In this document: piece after piece, positions 33,476 to 37,168 of the stretch
Numbering within the stretch: the stretch's first letter is position 1
Layout of the letters: each line of letters opens with the position of its first letter
NCBI RefSeq assembly: GCF_004010195.1
Contig: NW_025215220.1
Span: forward strand, 25,825 to 62,992
Direction of reading: 5' to 3'
From: Chiloscyllium plagiosum
Lineage: Eukaryota
DNA: 37,168 nt
Position numbers and translations under genes: made by a program
The notes under the pieces: model-generated
What the model saw: the letters and a program-made list of their open reading frames with translations, nothing else
Told to the model about the DNA's origin: nothing
Databases searched by the model: none

Positions 33476-33684
33476 AATGCAGAAATGGCGCGCGAGCTCC
33501 TTTCCATGGACCAATGGAGAATCTTGGAGGACCGGAAGGAGTTTGGTCGTCCAGCCAATTAGTCATTGTCGAAATGTGGAAGTTGGACCGTGAGCTCTGA
33601 AGCTGCTGCTGTTCCTTTCTCTCTTAATAATATTAAACCTCACCACAGACTGTAACTTCATTCCTCTGTCTAACATTTGTGAGT
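33370..33684 (+). promoter_or_regulatory. Putative Pol II promoter and first non-coding exon ending at donor GTGAGT (33679)
   Basis: Repeated tgcgcat(g) NRF1-like motifs, local CpG enrichment, two CCAAT motifs, ccggaag/ggaagt ETS-like motifs, then ttt|gtgagta; paralogous exon sequence at 12397-12503. Confidence 0.5.
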
Positions 33685-33934
33685 ACAACTGTCATTTTCC
33701 CACCACTTTTTCCATTTTTTTTTTCATTCTGGGGTTCAATAGTTGTCTTGCAGCAACTGAAAGGAATGAGTGAATCGAGAGAGGGGGCGGGTTGTGGAAA
33801 AGTTGATCCAGGTCTGTTTCTCAATTTGCAAACACATGGCAAACGCAGTGCCACAATGTGAAGTTACAGCTTTTGATGTGTAAAAAAACAGATATGAGGT
33901 GCATTATTTAAATGGTGATATGTTGAGATGTGGT

Positions 33935-34062
33935 GAAATGAGGACTGTAGATGCTAGAGATCAGAGTTGAAACGTGTGGCGCTAAAAAGGACAGCAGGTC
34001 AGGCAGCAACTGAGGAGAAGGAGAGTCGACGTTTTGGGCACGAGCTCTTCAACAGGAATGAT
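33935..34062 (-). mobile_element. Penelope-like terminal fragment
   Basis: gaggactgtagatgctagagatcagag...cagcaggtcaggcagc...gtcgacgttttgggc...caggaatg. Confidence 0.65.
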
Positions 34063-34311
34063 GTGTGGATGGATAAAGGGGCCTCAGCGTCCTTCGAAAC
34101 AAGTCAATGCCAGTTGCCAGACGGGCGCCGCAAGCAATGAGCAAAGCAAGTGATATATTAGCCAGAGGAATTGAGTGCAGAAGTGTGGATGTCTTCTTGC
34201 AGTTAGCTCGGTCGTTGAATGTACTCAAGGCTGAGATCATTTGACTTTGAAGAACAAAGAAGTGGATGGTTATGGGGGAAGGCAACAAAATGGTTGTAAT
34301 ACCAGTATAGA

Positions 34312-34735
34312 ACAGTTACAGAGTCACACAGCACAGAAACAGACCATTCAGTGCAACTTGTCCATGCTGATTGTGTTCTGAAACTAAACTAGTCTCACCT
34401 GCCAGTGATTGGCACATATCCTTCCGAACCTTTCCTATCCATGTGCTTATCCAAATGTCTTTTAAACATTGTAATTGTAACTACATCCACCAGCTCCTCT
34501 TGGCATGATTCCACACACGAACCACTGTTTGTCTTAAAACAAAATGATGCCGTCATATTTTTAAAAAATATTTCTCCTCTCATCTTCAAAATTTGCTCCG
34601 TATTCTTGAAACGCCCACCCTCGGGAAAGAATACGTGCCATTCACCTCATATATACCCCTCATGATTTTATAATCCTCTCCAAGGTCACCTCTCAACCTC
34701 TGATGCTCCAGTGATAAAAAGTTCCAGCTTATCTA
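34312..34735 (-). mobile_element. CR1-type LINE 3' fragment
   Basis: EELVDVVTITMFKRHLDKHMDRKG; similar to 5880-6287. Confidence 0.75.
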
Positions 34736-34944
34736 CCTAGATTCCGGCATATTCATATCCAGCTATGAACTGCTCAGTGCTGGTGCCAGCTGGAAAGAAC
34801 AAATGACCTATTCCACTCCCAACTCTCACACTCTGTGTGTAGGACAGCAAGAGAACATACGACATTGGTGCAGAAAGTAGGCAATTCGGCCCATCAGGTC
34901 TGTTCCACTATTCAATTACGGCTGATACATTTCTCAACTCCATT

Positions 34945-35670
34945 TTGAAATTTGGGTTTTGGAAATGCAAATCAAGGCAGGATCTACAGTTTACGGGAAT
35001 TGTTCAATAAAGATACCTTGGAATGTAAGTTCATTGTTTCCTCAAAGTGGAGTTGCAGGTAGACAGGATAGCGAAGAAGGTGTTTGGTATGCTTGCCTTT
35101 ATAGGTCAGTGCATTTCAGTACAGAAATTGGGAGGTCATGTTGCGGCTGTAAAGGATGATGATTTGGCCACTTTTGGAATATTGCGTTCAGTTCTGATTT
35201 CGCTGCTACAGGAAAAGTGTTGTGAATGTGTGAAAGGGTTTGGCAAAGATTTACAAGGCTATTGCCAGAGTTGGAGTGTTTGAGCGATTATGGAGAGGCT
35301 GAATAGGCTGGGGCTGTTTTCCCTGGAACATTGGAGGCTGAGGAGTGACTTTATAGAAGTTCATAAGGAGCATGGATGGGGTGAATAGCCAAAATCTTTT
35401 CCCCAGAGTAGGGGAGTCCAAAACTAGAGGGTATGGTTTGAGGTGAGAGGGCAAAGATTCAAAAGGAACCTTATGGGCAACTTTCTCACGCAGAGGGTGC
35501 TGAGTGTATGGAATGAGCTGCCAGATAATGGTGGAGGCTGGTGTAATTACAGCATTTTAAAAGGCGTCTGGCAGTAGGGAGAATTGAGAGGGATATGGGC
35601 GAAGTGCTGGCAAATGGGACTGTGTTAATTTAGGATATCTGGTCAGCACAGACAATTTGGACTGAAGGAA
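34945..35670 (+). mobile_element. CR1-type LINE 3' part
   Basis: QVDRIAKKVFGMLAFI; gtatggaatgagctgccag; 3' UTR similar to 5270-5350. Confidence 0.85.
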
Positions 35671-35859
35671 AGCAGTGAGTGTCAGAAAGTGTCATTGTGA
35701 AGACTGGACTTTCAGAGCAGCTTTCAAAGTTGTTTTATCCTTACTGGGATCATGATGGGATTTGAATTTTCGTTCTCAGAAGACCTAGATCTCTGGGTTA
35801 CTTAACCAGTATCACTAGATCACAATCTTCACTTCAGTCACAATTTTCTGCTGAATATT

Positions 35860-36165
35860 TTCCTTTATTCATTCATAGGATGTGACACTTTATCTCCCAG
35901 AAAAACCAAGTGCCATTTCAGAGGGCAATTACGAGTTAACCACATTACTGTGGATTAAGAGTGACACAATCGCCTAACTGGATAAGGACTAAAGATTTCC
36001 TTCCTTCACAAGATAGGTCCTTATATCAATTGCTAAGATCAACAAAGCAGCGATAAGCTTTATATTCCAGATATATTAATTGATTTCAAAGTGCATCGGG
36101 GACAAAGCAGCATCAATTTGAAACTCCAGATGTTAAATCCAGTAACAATGCCAAAATGCCACCAA
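35860..36165 (-). mobile_element. Old tRNA-derived SINE, possibly SacSINE1/Deu-domain-like
   Basis: ttattcattcat tail; gagttaaccacattactgtgg...taaggact...gatttccttcc core; head on minus strand ggtggcattttggcattgttactgga. The family name is from recall only. Confidence 0.4.
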
Positions 36166-36239
36166 CTCCGTACAATCTCTAATTTTCCAACACTGACTGG
36201 CCTGTAGTTGCCAGTTCTATCCTTTCCCCCTTTATTACT

Positions 36240-37168
36240 TACTATTCAATTCAGCCCATTGAATCAATTCTGCCATTTATTCACATCACGTTTGCTCTGG
36301 TAAGCATCAACTCCACTTCCCTGCCATTTCCCCATAATCCTTAATTCCCTCACTGGTTTAAACAAAAATCTGACAGCCTTAAATGTACTTAATGACCCAA
36401 GCTCAACAACACTCTGTAGTAACATGTTCCACAGATTTACTGCCCTCAGTAACAATTCCTGTCTGTCTTCAACATGCAATCCCTCATTTGCAGGTTATTC
36501 CCTTCTCCACATCAACCCCGTCAAGTATCCTCAGAATCTTTTATGTGAAAATAAGGTTACCTCTAAATCTTCTAACTTCGAGTAAGTACAGGCCCAACCT
36601 ATTCACTTCTCTTCATGTGATATTCTTTTCATCCTGGTCAACTTTCTCTGAACTGCCTCCAAAGCCAGTATATCTTTCCTTAGGAAATGACCCTCCCAGT
36701 GCTCAGTTGTGGCTTGACTGGTGCCTGACATAGGTTCACTATAACCTCCCTACGTTTATACTCTATTTAAAGGCCAACCTCCCATTTGCCTTCCCTATTA
36801 TTCACTGAACTTGGCTGAAGAGATGCATGGAAATGGGCTTCCAAATCCCTCTATTCAACAGCTTTATCCATTTAATATTCAACGCTTTTCCTCCTGCCAA
36901 AGTGCACAACCTCATTTCCCCACATTCTATTCCATCTGCCAAGGGTTTGCTCATTTGCTTAATCTGTCTATATCCCTCTGCAGATATTTCATGTCATTCT
37001 CACCACCTGCCTTCCCATCAACCATCTTTTCTGCAATCTTGGCAATAGTGCATTCACTTTACTTATCCAAGGAATTCATATCCATTTTGTAAATAACTTT
37101 GGCCCCAGCACTGATCCCTGTGGCAGACTACTAGTTACAATTTGCTATCCTGAACATGCCCCTTATCC
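36240..37168 (-). mobile_element. Old CR1-type LINE 3' part; continues beyond the window
   Basis: RAVNLWNMLLQSVVELGSLSTFK; ccccagcactgatccctgtggca is the reverse complement of the RT PQGSVLG motif. Confidence 0.8.

Overview
Eukaryotic, repeat-dominated vertebrate DNA. The repeat families (HE1/V-SINE-type tRNA SINEs, abundant CR1-type LINE fragments, Penelope-like termini) point to a cartilaginous fish; this is inference from recognised repeat sequence. Contents: (1) a decayed L1-clade LINE on the minus strand (1-4760) with a tandemly duplicated ORF2 start; (2) many CR1-type LINE fragments, including one nested inside another; (3) Penelope-like element (PLE) remnants carrying minimal hammerhead-ribozyme motifs, one of which has a fold-back plus 3x37 bp and 22x26 bp perfect reiterations of its own coding sequence; (4) three C2H2 zinc-finger loci, one possibly intact and two pseudogenes, with paralogous splice sites; (5) a scrambled, decaying tRNA gene cluster at about 18.9-25.6 kb containing three tRNA-Pro(TGG) copies with an 18-20 nt insert at the canonical intron site, plus iMet, Trp and Ile relics; (6) a 424 bp tandem duplication over a promoter-like region; and (7) a 257 N assembly gap. 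Most short ORFs in the supplied track are repeat-derived or spurious.
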